In this document: positions 44,607-53,948 of the stretch, in pieces
How positions within the stretch are numbered: position 1 is the stretch's first letter
Layout of the letters: each line of letters starts with the position of its first letter
From: an uncultured Desulfosarcina sp.
Lineage (GTDB): Bacteria; Desulfobacterota; Desulfobacteria; Desulfobacterales; Desulfosarcinaceae
NCBI GenBank assembly: GCA_963674945.2
Contig: CAXXWQ010000001.1
Location: forward strand, 224,001 to 288,000
Reading direction: 5' to 3'
DNA length: 64,000 nt
Position numbers and translations under genes: made by a program
Notes under the pieces: model-generated
Databases searched by the model: none
Told to the model about the DNA's origin: nothing
What the model saw: the letters and a program-made list of their open reading frames with translations, nothing else

Positions 44607-44777
44607 ATGCAAATACTTCATATTATGAGGACACAACCCGATGAGACGGTTGCTTCTCTCAAGGAGCTCTTTTCAGACCTGGAAGGAAAAACCGTTGTGC
44701 TGTACCAAGGGGATGTCGACTGGGAAGCCCTTATAGATGACATCTTCGCCGCAGAAAAGGTCATCTCGTGGTGGTGA
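44607..44777 (+). CDS. Small DsrH/TusB-like protein (56 aa; below the ORF-track cutoff)
   Basis: RBS aggag; MQILHIMRTQPDETVASLKELFSDLEGKTVVLYQGDVDWEALIDDIFAAEKVISWW; ILHI start and terminal W resemble DsrH. Confidence 0.7.
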   Translation: MQILHIMRTQPDETVASLKELFSDLEGKTVVLYQGDVDWEALIDDIFAAEKVISWW

Positions 44778-44795
44778 TACACAGGAGGAAAGATA

Positions 44796-45275
44796 ATGGA
44801 TAAGGATTTGGCATCAGCCATTATGCTCGAACGTTGCAGTTGCTATGACAGGTCATTGGAAGCCGCCAAAAAAGTTCTTGCCAAAAATTCTCCTGAAACC
44901 GACGATGCTTTCTGGGCACGGAAAATTATCCGATCCTTAGGGGAGGAGTTTATCCGGCAGCGGTTTTTGGATAAGGCCATGGAGTGTTACCATGCCCTGA
45001 CCGAATACCGGACCGAACAAACGGACTGTCCGGAATTGTACAAAAACGATGTCTTTGACGGACTGGGGCCCAATAGTATCGAAGTCGGAACCCACGTGAG
45101 CGAAGACGTTCAGGATCTTCTCAATACCATCCTCGAGACGGAGTGCAGTGCATCCAGGAGCCAGGATGAACTCCTTCGTGAAGCAGTATATCTTTTAATT
45201 CTGAAGTACGCCACACAGAAAGATGTCAGAGAGAAACTCGTCAATACCCTTTCAAAAGAAATCAAAAATGATTGA
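44796..45275 (+). CDS. Hypothetical protein, possible C-terminal ribbon-helix-helix domain
   Basis: RBS aggagg; in operon; SQDELLREAVYLLILKY helix. Confidence 0.7.
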   Translation: MDKDLASAIMLERCSCYDRSLEAAKKVLAKNSPETDDAFWARKIIRSLGEEFIRQRFLDKAMECYHALTEYRTEQTDCPELYKNDVFDGLGPNSIEVGTHVSEDVQDLLNTILETECSASRSQDELLREAVYLLILKYATQKDVREKLVNTLSKEIKND

Positions 45276-45289
45276 TATGGAGCGTTACT

Positions 45290-45604
45290 ATGTCTGATTC
45301 ATTAGGTATTATGGTAGCATCAGATCGGCATTTGGACTATGTTGTCAATCTCACCAAGGCGGCTCACAAAAAGGGTAAAGATGTTCAGATCTTCTTTACC
45401 GGCAAAGCCGTGAGACTGGGATTTGAACCGGAATTCAGAGAACTCGTCGGCCTGGCAAAACTCTCCATTTGTGACGTAAGTTTCAGAGCCAATGGATTTC
45501 ACGGACGGGAGGATGAAGTGCCCGGGGTCGGTTTCAAGGGTTTTGCCACCCAGGCGCGCAATGCAGAGATGGCCGCGGAGTGTGACCGATACCTGGTGAT
45601 GTGA
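45290..45604 (+). CDS. DsrE-like protein
   Basis: LGIMV..AAHKKG..V.IFFTG.AV, conserved Cys in ICDVSF, C-terminal CDRYLV. Confidence 0.8.
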   Translation: MSDSLGIMVASDRHLDYVVNLTKAAHKKGKDVQIFFTGKAVRLGFEPEFRELVGLAKLSICDVSFRANGFHGREDEVPGVGFKGFATQARNAEMAAECDRYLVM

Positions 45605-45676
45605 TCCGACCACCGGGACAATTTACTTTTGTTGATCACAACCTGCCTGTCCGACAGACCGCTTTTAAAATCAATG

Positions 45677-45712
45677 AAAAGGCCAACTACCACACATGGT
45701 AGCCGGCTTTTT
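45677..45712. terminator. Probable bidirectional terminator
   Basis: aaaaggccaactacca-caca-tggtagccggcttttt imperfect hairpin between convergent genes. Confidence 0.5.
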
Positions 45713-45849
45713 GGTAATCCATCAATTTTCCATTATCAGGATCGGGCGTCCTATTGCTGCCCGACGTCTACTCCGTTTTCCACCCACCAACATTGAGGTT
45801 TATCTGTATACCATTCATTTGGTCGCCACATTGCCAGTTCATTGCATGC

Positions 45850-47496
45850 TCAACTCTTTTTTCGAAGGAGAAAACGCTGAATTTTTCCGGAAGGCGTCTT
45901 GGGGAGTTGTTCAACAAACTCGATTTCCCGGGGGTACTGGTGGGCAGCCAGTTGTTTCTTGACAAACCCCTTGAGTTCATCGGCCAGTTCGTCATCTCCT
46001 ATCGTACCCGGCTTCAGGGCGACATAGGCTTTAATGGTCTCGCCGCGGAGTTCATCGGGGATGCCGACAACCGCCGCTTCCGCCACCGATGGGTGTTTGA
46101 TCAAGGCACTTTCCACTTCAAACGGGCCGATGCGGTAGCCTGCACATAAAATGATATCGTCCGACCGTCCACTGAAGTAGAAAAAGCCCTCCTCGTCCTC
46201 GCTAACCGTATCCCCGGCGATACAATAGCGGCCGTTCCCGACATATTTCTCCTTCGTCCGCATTGCATCCTGCCAGTATCCGCGAAACCAGCACAAGGGC
46301 GAATTTTCGGTATCGACGGCGAAAAGGCCCTCCTTCCCAGGTCCCCGCTCGTTCCCGTTTTCATCGACCACGGTCATCCTGAAGCCCGGCATGGATGGCC
46401 CCATGGATCCCATTTTCAGCTCTTTTTTCAGGTCTGCGCGGTGATGATTGTTGGCGGCCATGCCGAGTTCGGTCTGTCCGAAATGATCATGAATGGGAAT
46501 TTTCCACAGCTTCTTGCTCCATTCGATGACTTCGGGATTCAGCGGTTCCCCTGCACTCGAAGCCACTCGCAGTTGTACCGGATACTTGGCTGCAACTTTG
46601 TCGCCAGCCGCTTTCAGTGCGCGATAGGCGGTGGGGGCGGAGGCGAAATTGGTAACCCTGTATTTGCTTAAAATCCGAAAAACATTTTCGGGACTGAATG
46701 CACCGCCGTAAAAAAGGGTCGATTTGCCCAACAGCAGCGGCCCCACCAGATTGTAATAGAGTCCGTATGCCCACCCGGGATCGGCCATGTTCCAGTACAT
46801 GTCGTCATCGCGCATATCCAGGCCGAACTCCATGTAGGCATGAAAGGACGCCAGTGCCTTGATCGGTACTTCTACTCCCTTTGGACTGCCGGTGGTTCCC
46901 GAGGTGTAAAGCATGATCATCAGATCATCGCCTGTAGCCGGCTCCGGCGTGTCCACGACCTGCCCCTTCTCCAGTTCGTGCCAGAAACTGTAGTCGCCTT
47001 TTTCGATGCCGCGGCCGCTTGTATCGGCGATGGTCACGGTACGGATCTTTCCTTTTTTGTAACATGCCGTATCCGAAATTTTGGGACGCTGGACAGCGTT
47101 GGTTACCAGAACCTTGGTGCCGCTGTCGTCTATTCGATGGTCAATGGCATCGGATCCGAACGCGGTAAACAGGGGCACGTAGGCGGCCCCCAGGCGCCAT
47201 ACCGCCAGGGTGGTAATCACCAATTCGGGCATTTTCGGAAGGAGCGCCGCTACCCGGTCACCTTTTTCGACGCCGATGGATCGGAGGAATCCGGCCATCT
47301 TCGATGAGAGTTCTTTCAGTTCCCGGAACGTCCATTTCGATGTGTTGCCATTACCGTCCTCGTAGAACAGTGCGATTTTCTCCGGAATATGGGCATGGCG
47401 GTCGCAAAGAAGAGTGGCCGCCGATATTGCTTTGCCGCCGTATGCCGCCATCCAGAGGTCGATCGCTGCCTGTGGGGTCAAGTCTGTCATTGCCAT
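45850..47496 (-). CDS. AMP-forming acyl-CoA synthetase (short-chain/acetyl-CoA synthetase-like)
   Basis: YTSGTTGSPKG, SAGEPLN, FGQTE, GRSDD..GYRIGP.EVES and LPKTPSGKIQR motifs. Confidence 0.92.
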   Translation of the reverse strand: MAMTDLTPQAAIDLWMAAYGGKAISAATLLCDRHAHIPEKIALFYEDGNGNTSKWTFRELKELSSKMAGFLRSIGVEKGDRVAALLPKMPELVITTLAVWRLGAAYVPLFTAFGSDAIDHRIDDSGTKVLVTNAVQRPKISDTACYKKGKIRTVTIADTSGRGIEKGDYSFWHELEKGQVVDTPEPATGDDLMIMLYTSGTTGSPKGVEVPIKALASFHAYMEFGLDMRDDDMYWNMADPGWAYGLYYNLVGPLLLGKSTLFYGGAFSPENVFRILSKYRVTNFASAPTAYRALKAAGDKVAAKYPVQLRVASSAGEPLNPEVIEWSKKLWKIPIHDHFGQTELGMAANNHHRADLKKELKMGSMGPSMPGFRMTVVDENGNERGPGKEGLFAVDTENSPLCWFRGYWQDAMRTKEKYVGNGRYCIAGDTVSEDEEGFFYFSGRSDDIILCAGYRIGPFEVESALIKHPSVAEAAVVGIPDELRGETIKAYVALKPGTIGDDELADELKGFVKKQLAAHQYPREIEFVEQLPKTPSGKIQRFLLRKKS

Positions 47497-48066
47497 AGTG
47501 TCGCTCCTTTTGGGGTCAGATCGTTTCATCAGGGGATATCGAAAATGGCCGACGCAACTTACGGACGTATCCTTACAAAACGATCGTCGCAGTCGCATCG
47601 TGGCCTTTTGATCCCGGTGGTCGGAATATCGGGACCGGGATCAAGCTCGTCGATAAAAACGCAGTGAGCTATCGGGAGCACTTTTTCTGAAGCCGCTTTC
47701 GAAGTACTTACGCAGGTTCCGGTTGAGGAGGGAGGAACGATCAACGATTCCCGATCGTCATCAATAGAATGGATTGGGTGTATGGGTCAAGTACCGAATC
47801 AAGATCCGGCAATGTCAGAGTCGGCGACACCATTACAGAAATGGGGCGTAAAAATCCGTTACAAGTCGTCTCGCCGAAATAAATCATTGACGGCATGGGC
47901 GGACTCGTTCCAAACGAAAAACCGATCATTGATCTTTTGCGGAAATGACCGATCTTTCGGACGCATTCTTTTGTCGATTATTTTCTCTTACTGGTTCAAC
48001 GCATCATCCAGAACGTGCCGGATGCAACCGGATTTCGCATCAATTCGCCGGTTGAATTGGAAATTT

Positions 48067-48261
48067 TCATTTTCCATATTTTTCCAGGCCATATCGCCGG
48101 GCAAGCGCGATGCGTTTTTCGTCGGGCAGCGAGGTGATGTATTTCCTGAAGCCCGGGCACCAGCCGGTGTGCCAACGCCAGAGACGGCCAATGAGGCTTT
48201 TCGGATTTTTTTCGTACTTTGCTTGCATACCGCAGCTTTCACATTTATGTTTCTCGGCCAT
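48067..48261 (-). CDS. Small hypothetical protein with CxxC and HxxWC
   Basis: RBS aggaaggag; MAEKHKCESCG...LWRWHTGWCPG. Confidence 0.7.
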   Translation of the reverse strand: MAEKHKCESCGMQAKYEKNPKSLIGRLWRWHTGWCPGFRKYITSLPDEKRIALARRYGLEKYGK

Positions 48262-48364
48262 TTTTAACTCCTTCCTTTTAATCGTTACTGCAGAGTACTT
48301 CTATGTACGCCTCATTTTTCGGGATGGAACATGAATGTTCGCCGTAAGGATGAAAATCAATTGC

Positions 48365-50422
48365 CTATTGCTCGCGTACCGCCGCGCTGGGCCGCCCCAC
48401 AACACTGAAGGTAAGTTCGGTGCCTAAATAGAGCCCTTTTCCCCGACCCATTGGGTCCCCACTCTTGTTATCGACGCGGTCCATCTGTACCTGGGCATGG
48501 GAAGTGCCCACTTCACGGGCAAGTCCCTCCATCCATGGCACCATCAGCTCGCGTGCATAGTCTACCGCGTGTGTCAGCCTGTCAAAGTCTTTCACTCCTC
48601 TGGGCAGGTGAAGGCGGAAGTGATCGGTATCCTTCAACGGCGTGATCAGCACCTGCTGGCGCAGCACCACGCTGCCCACTGCCGCCCCGACGGCGTTGGC
48701 TACCTCAGAGTGGGGAGGGATCACAAGGCCGGTGTGAAGCATATCGGCCATGCGGGGCATATACGCCTCCACCGGCGCTCCGATGGCCACCACCGGCCTG
48801 CGAAGAACCATCGAACAGGCCAACTCGCTCTGCATTCCTGTATTGTTTGCAGGGTTGCCGCCATTGCCATTGCTGAGCGCCCGCTCCAGCAAAAGGGCCG
48901 CCGTTGGTTCTTGATTCCAATTTGGCAGCGGGATCTCATCGGCCAGGGCTTTGCTGACGATCGCCTGGGCCGCTCCCTTTGACACGCCCTCGATCACATC
49001 CCGGCATAGCTCCTCCACTCCGCAGCAACGCTTTGCGGCCAGGACCTGGGCTCCCAACCGCGCAGCCTCGACGTTCCAAAGCGTCAAGCCACCAAGGACG
49101 TGCAGGGCGTCCGTCGGGGTAAAGCCGGACCGCATTACCAGACGCTCTGCCACCAACCAATCAATCAGGCGCGGCGTCAGGATGCCATGGCGAGATCTGG
49201 GGTCTTGGCTCGCAAGCGAGGTCGGACCATCTGCCAGACGCTTCAGAATGGCTGCCTCGGTGTCGCGAAGGAGCCGCTGTGCCTGCTGGCCTTCCATCAG
49301 GAACTGTGCGGCCTCCTCATCGCGAGGCGGAGTTTCGATCTGATTCCGCAGATCTGTTATCACATCAGGGTATTGATGGGCCAACAGACTCAGCGGCACC
49401 ACCCGTTGCGGGCCGATGGTCAACCGGGAATTATGAATCACATGAACATGGCTATCGCCACCCAAGCCCACCGTATGAATGTCTACCGCCTCGACCATTG
49501 TTCGCCATCGACCTACCTGGGCTCCTTCCCTGTTCAGGTTGGGCCGGCCATCCTGCATGGAAGCGATGTCTGTGGTCGTGCCGCCAACGTCAACAGCCCA
49601 CAGCGCACCGTCACTCAATTGTTTACCTGCCAGGTTTGCCAGGTGCCAGGCCCCCACGGTGCTGGCCGCCGGTCCCGACAGAATCGTCTCGATGGGCCGC
49701 TGCACGGCCCATTCCGCACGCATCAGCGATCCGTCGCCCTTGACCACCATGAGCGGCGCGGCAATGGCGTGTTCGGCCAGGGTATTGCGCAGGGTCTGGA
49801 TCAGTTCCCGCAACAACGGCACAAGTCGTGCGTTGAGGGCCACTGTGGTTGCCCGCCTCACCGAGTTGAGGCGGGTGGTCAGATGGTGGCCGCAGGTGAC
49901 CGGCAGATCGGTCAACTCGTGGATCAGCTCCTGCGCCCGCAGTTCATGGGTCGGATTGCGCACGCTGAAGTAACCCGACACGGCAAAGGCTTCGACCCGA
50001 TCCTTGCGGTCCTGAATCGCCTTCAACAGGGCTTTTTCGTCCAGAGGGGACGCCTCATTGCCGGACATGTCATGGCCTCCCGCCACGTACACAATATCGT
50101 CGGTCACCAACTCGTCCTTATATCCGAAGTTACGGATCAGGTCGGGGTCGTAGCCGATGAGAATCAGACACACGGGGCTGCCATGTCCTTCGACGATGGC
50201 GTTGGTCGCCAGCGTAGTGGACAACCCCACAAGGTTCACCTCCGATGGATCAGGTGCATCACTTTGTCGCAAAACAGCTTCGATAGCCTCACTAATACCG
50301 ATAGACAAGTCCCGGCGCGTGGTCAGGGCCTTTGCCGAGCAAACGACCTGGCCCGTTTCGTATTCCAGCACCACTGCATCGGTGTAGGTTCCGCCGGTGT
50401 CGATACCAATTGCAAATGTCAC
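48365..50422 (-). CDS. Hydantoinase/oxoprolinase-family protein
   Basis: GIDTGGTYTD, STTLATNA, TILSGPAAS, DVGGTTTD, GLGGDS, TPTDALH and ANAVGA motifs; GTG start. Confidence 0.88.
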   Translation of the reverse strand: MTFAIGIDTGGTYTDAVVLEYETGQVVCSAKALTTRRDLSIGISEAIEAVLRQSDAPDPSEVNLVGLSTTLATNAIVEGHGSPVCLILIGYDPDLIRNFGYKDELVTDDIVYVAGGHDMSGNEASPLDEKALLKAIQDRKDRVEAFAVSGYFSVRNPTHELRAQELIHELTDLPVTCGHHLTTRLNSVRRATTVALNARLVPLLRELIQTLRNTLAEHAIAAPLMVVKGDGSLMRAEWAVQRPIETILSGPAASTVGAWHLANLAGKQLSDGALWAVDVGGTTTDIASMQDGRPNLNREGAQVGRWRTMVEAVDIHTVGLGGDSHVHVIHNSRLTIGPQRVVPLSLLAHQYPDVITDLRNQIETPPRDEEAAQFLMEGQQAQRLLRDTEAAILKRLADGPTSLASQDPRSRHGILTPRLIDWLVAERLVMRSGFTPTDALHVLGGLTLWNVEAARLGAQVLAAKRCCGVEELCRDVIEGVSKGAAQAIVSKALADEIPLPNWNQEPTAALLLERALSNGNGGNPANNTGMQSELACSMVLRRPVVAIGAPVEAYMPRMADMLHTGLVIPPHSEVANAVGAAVGSVVLRQQVLITPLKDTDHFRLHLPRGVKDFDRLTHAVDYARELMVPWMEGLAREVGTSHAQVQMDRVDNKSGDPMGRGKGLYLGTELTFSVVGRPSAAVREQ

Positions 50423-50627
50423 TGCAGACTCCTTTTCAAAAATGCCAGTTCATAGGGCTAATCTTTGGCAATTTATTATCATTTTTTGTTTTTTCTCACC
50501 ATTATTGAAACGGCATCTACATACTATTTTGTTGGCATATCTTCAAGCGGATAAAAAATTAAAGTGAGCATGCGTGCAAAAGTGTGTCGAATCGCAATGT
50601 AAACGGTCATCTCGATCAAGCGCCCAT

Positions 50628-50667
50628 AAAAAAAGGACCTACAAGCAAAATCGCCTGTAAATCCTTG
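50628..50667 (-). terminator. Intrinsic terminator after the tRNA
   Basis: Minus strand aaggatttacaggc-gatttt-gcttgtaggtcctt followed by a T run. Confidence 0.75.
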
Positions 50668-50674
50668 GTGTGTC

Positions 50675-50749
50675 TGGTGGGCGATACTGGATTTGAACCA
50701 GTGACTTCCACCGTGTGAAGGTGGCACTCTCCCGCTGAGTTAATCGCCC
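50675..50749 (-). tRNA. tRNA-Val (anticodon CAC)
   Basis: GGGCGATTAACTCAGCGGGAGAGTGCCACCTT-CAC-ACGGTGGAAGTCACTGGTTCAAATCCAGTATCGCCCACCA: cloverleaf, GTTCAAA T-loop, encoded CCA. Confidence 0.96.
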
Positions 50750-50850
50750 CGAAACAAAAATGATCCAACCATATAGAAGGGGATGATGTGGTAAGTCAAG
50801 CGTTTTTTCTTTTCGGCCGCCGAACGGCAACTCAACTTGTCCCAGTCATA

Positions 50851-51696
50851 TCAAGCACGTTTGACGATAAACCAGGGGTTGCGTAAATCCTTTTTGTTAT
50901 AGGTGAGCGGCAGCCCGTTATCGTGCCGAACCACCTGGGCACCGCTGGCGACGGCGATGGCCTGGCCGGCGGCCGTGTCCCATTCCATGGTGGGGCCCAG
51001 GCGGGGATAGACGTCGGCCCGACCCTCTGCCACCCTGCAGATCTTCAGGGAACTGCCCGCCGAAATAAAGTTCACCGTGCCATACACTTCTCGCATCTCT
51101 TCCACATACTGCGCCAGTTCCTGCGTTGCGTGGGAACGGCTGCCCATGATCGTGAAGGGGCGGTCCTCGTCCTCTTCAAGGCGTATGGGCAGTCGATTGG
51201 CCTTGTTAACCAGCGGATCGACCCCATTGAGCTCCTCCAACCACCCGTTCTCGACTCCCGCATCGCGGCAGGACTGGATCTTGAACGCGCCGGTGTTCGC
51301 ATCGGCAAAATAGAGGCTGTCGGCAACGGGTACGAAAATGACGCCCATGGTCGGCGCACCATCTTCACAAAGGGCGATGTTGACCGTGAATTCGCCGTTT
51401 CGCTTGATGAACTCCTTGGTTCCGTCCAAAGGATCGACGATCCACATCAGAGGCCAGTCGTTTCGCTGCGAGAAGGGGATATCGCGTCCTTCTTCGCTGA
51501 GTAAGGGGATGCCAAATTTTTCGATGGCGGCCTTGATGATCTTGTGGGCTCGCCGATCGGCCTGGGTAAGCGGAGAATCATCCGCCTTTTTTTCCACGTG
51601 AATCATATCCGGCGCATCGTAGACTTCGAGAATGGCCTCTCCGGCCTGAATTGCGCCTTGGATAGCACCGAGTAACCATTGGGATCGATTTTTCAT
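50851..51696 (-). CDS. cysQ: 3'(2'),5'-bisphosphate nucleotidase
   Basis: KADDSPLTQAD, LSEE, WIVDPLDGTKEF, GSSLKIC and EWDTAAG motifs. Confidence 0.93.
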   Translation of the reverse strand: MKNRSQWLLGAIQGAIQAGEAILEVYDAPDMIHVEKKADDSPLTQADRRAHKIIKAAIEKFGIPLLSEEGRDIPFSQRNDWPLMWIVDPLDGTKEFIKRNGEFTVNIALCEDGAPTMGVIFVPVADSLYFADANTGAFKIQSCRDAGVENGWLEELNGVDPLVNKANRLPIRLEEDEDRPFTIMGSRSHATQELAQYVEEMREVYGTVNFISAGSSLKICRVAEGRADVYPRLGPTMEWDTAAGQAIAVASGAQVVRHDNGLPLTYNKKDLRNPWFIVKRA

Positions 51697-51723
51697 CTGC
51701 TCGTCTTTCCTCGGGTTTTTGTT

Positions 51724-53499
51724 TTATTTTGACTGCGCCTCTGCTTTCTTCGAAATAACGTACAATGGTTCCATGGAATCTACACCTTTCAGCAAGGTGG
51801 CAATTTCGCGCGTGATGTCGACATCTGATTGAATGTTCTCAACAACTGATTTGGAGACGACCACCTCTCCGGCCCGGGCCTTTGCCTGGATGCGCTGTGT
51901 GATGTTGACGGCTGCACCCACGATACCGTACTTTCTTCGGGTCACGGCGCCCACATTGCCCACGACAACCAATCCGCTGTTGATCCCAATTCCCATCTGC
52001 AATAACGGCAGCTTGCGGGCCATCATCTCATGGTTGCATCGAAAGATGGCCCGATGCATTGTAAAGGCACACATGACGCAACGTTGTATGGTGTCCGCCA
52101 GGGATTCTTCAATGGGTTGGAAAAAGGCCAAAAGACCGTCGCCCACAAAATCTACGATGATGCCCCTGTGTTTTTCGATGGGAGGAATGATCGCAGAAAA
52201 ATATCCGTTCAACAACTCGATGGTATGTTCGGGAGATAGACTCTTTGCCATGGCGGTGAATCCACGGATGTCGGCCATGAGTATGGCCACCGTTTCGAGA
52301 CGGCCGCCCAACCTTCCTGACTCGGGGGATTTCAGCAGGGTGCGGGCAAAGTCCGGGTCCACATAGCGCCCGAACGTATTTTTAATCGTCTCCTTTTCCC
52401 GTAGCCCGTCGACCATGGTGTTGAAGCTTTGCGCCAGGCGGCCGATTTCATCCTCGGAGGTTACCTCGACTTTTTCTCCGAAGTCCCCTTTTGAGATGGA
52501 CCCGGCACGTCGTGAAAGTGTCTGTATGGTGTTGGAAGTGCGATTTACATTCAACCGGATGATGCCGTATACCGCTGCAAGCAGTATCGTCGCGCCAACC
52601 ATAAATCCATTTCGAAAATATATGATGGGCGACAACGCCACCTTCCCGTCGGCAACGACAACCAGGACCCACGGAATTGTTTCGAGGGCGTGAAATCCGG
52701 CTACACGTTCTGGAGGGTGGCCTTTACCCAAAATCGTGCCCCATGTTTTTTGCGCCATTTCCAACTGAATCTGATTTTCCAGTGGATCATCGGATTCACC
52801 GATGCGGGTTCTGCCTTTCATTCGACCGCTGGCCAGTATGATTTTTCCCGTCGCCCGATCGGCAATACAGGTCGTTGCATTCTGCCACCAACGATTTCCG
52901 GTAATGCCCGAAACGAGGAGGCTGAATCTGAGGACGATTTCAAGATTGCCTACGACCGTGTCGGATTCGTCCAGGAGAATCATTGCGATGGAAATCGTCT
53001 CTTCACCGACGACCTCATCGATTACCGGCAGAGAGACCCGGGCGAAACTCCCCCTGGCAAAATGCCGGAAGCGGCCCTTCGCAGAATCCATGTCGTTTCT
53101 GGAAAAGTGGTCGTGCCCGTGCGGCTTTGCATGCCAATTCAAATTAACACGGACGACTCCCGGGAGAGACTCCAACCGATAAACAATCGCTTCCAGAAGT
53201 GAGATTTTTGTCGTCTCTTTTCCGCTGCCGGAAAAGAGTTGCATCAACGCCATGGGTTTGGTCAGGTTCGTCTCCATTGCGTATGCCGCATATTCGAGCT
53301 GCATCGCGACATTCTTTTCCCACTGTCCGACCATGACGTTGCGGGCATAGAAAAATGCGCCCATCCCGGCGGCCAGCAAGATCAGAAATACCGGTACGAG
53401 CAGCAAGACGATCAATCGGGTCCGGAGGGATTTGAAACGATACACGATCATGGCCACCACGGGGTTGTTGCCATCGGCGATTTCTGTGTTTCCCTTCAT
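51724..53499 (-). CDS. Membrane class III nucleotidyl cyclase with periplasmic Cache-like sensor and HAMP; start uncertain
   Basis: Two TM segments; DEIGRLA.SFN.M, TFGRYVD, MADIRGFT, IVDFVGD, GIGINSG and KYGIVG..VN...R motifs. Confidence 0.9.
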   Translation of the reverse strand: MKGNTEIADGNNPVVAMIVYRFKSLRTRLIVLLLVPVFLILLAAGMGAFFYARNVMVGQWEKNVAMQLEYAAYAMETNLTKPMALMQLFSGSGKETTKISLLEAIVYRLESLPGVVRVNLNWHAKPHGHDHFSRNDMDSAKGRFRHFARGSFARVSLPVIDEVVGEETISIAMILLDESDTVVGNLEIVLRFSLLVSGITGNRWWQNATTCIADRATGKIILASGRMKGRTRIGESDDPLENQIQLEMAQKTWGTILGKGHPPERVAGFHALETIPWVLVVVADGKVALSPIIYFRNGFMVGATILLAAVYGIIRLNVNRTSNTIQTLSRRAGSISKGDFGEKVEVTSEDEIGRLAQSFNTMVDGLREKETIKNTFGRYVDPDFARTLLKSPESGRLGGRLETVAILMADIRGFTAMAKSLSPEHTIELLNGYFSAIIPPIEKHRGIIVDFVGDGLLAFFQPIEESLADTIQRCVMCAFTMHRAIFRCNHEMMARKLPLLQMGIGINSGLVVVGNVGAVTRRKYGIVGAAVNITQRIQAKARAGEVVVSKSVVENIQSDVDITREIATLLKGVDSMEPLYVISKKAEAQSK

Positions 53500-53639
53500 G
53501 CGCTGACACGCATTTTGATGCATCGACTGGCAAACTTAGGGGAAAAAGCAAATTTTTACAAGAATCGAAAAAAGATCCGCGGTACCGTTGGCTTCCGACG
53601 AGTTTGGGTTGTTTTGCCAAACAGACGGGATTTCCGGCT

Positions 53640-53858
53640 TCGTCACAAGCCGGTGTAATCAGTGCGTCGGTGCCGCTGATGGTGGCCGTGGGTGCGTGGT
53701 TCCTCCTCGCCGAGCCAATTGACCGAAACGTTTTCGTCAATCTGGTTTCGGTAATCGCAGTGATCCTCGGGTGGGTGGTCATGGGAGAGTCACTGAATGC
53801 CGTACGGTGCATTGGGGCGGCATGCGTCCTGTTCGGCGTTGCCATCAGCCAGAAATGA
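53640..53858 (+). pseudogene. Remnant of an EamA/DMT transporter with an internal deletion
   Basis: QAGVISASVPLMVAVGAWFLLAEPI (end of repeat 1) directly joined to [31 protein letters not shown] (end of repeat 2); no credible start. Confidence 0.55.
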
Positions 53859-53948
53859 TACGTACCGGCCGGAAAAACGAAAACACGGCAAGGTTTCAAT
53901 CGTTGTGGTCGTAACCGGGTGCATGGCACCCGGTTTGAAGACAGTCAA

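Noticed and set aside
44057..45604. Selenocysteine read-through at TGA stops in the sulfur-relay genes
   Set aside because: The TGA codons fall at natural family C-termini and the catalytic positions are already Cys.
47782..48267. 161-aa plus-strand ORF
   Set aside because: It has no recognisable motifs or RBS and overlaps the better-supported minus-strand small gene.
50675..50749. tRNA-Val as an integration site for a genomic island
   Set aside because: There is no integrase, I saw no duplicated tRNA 3' end, and the native terminator follows directly.
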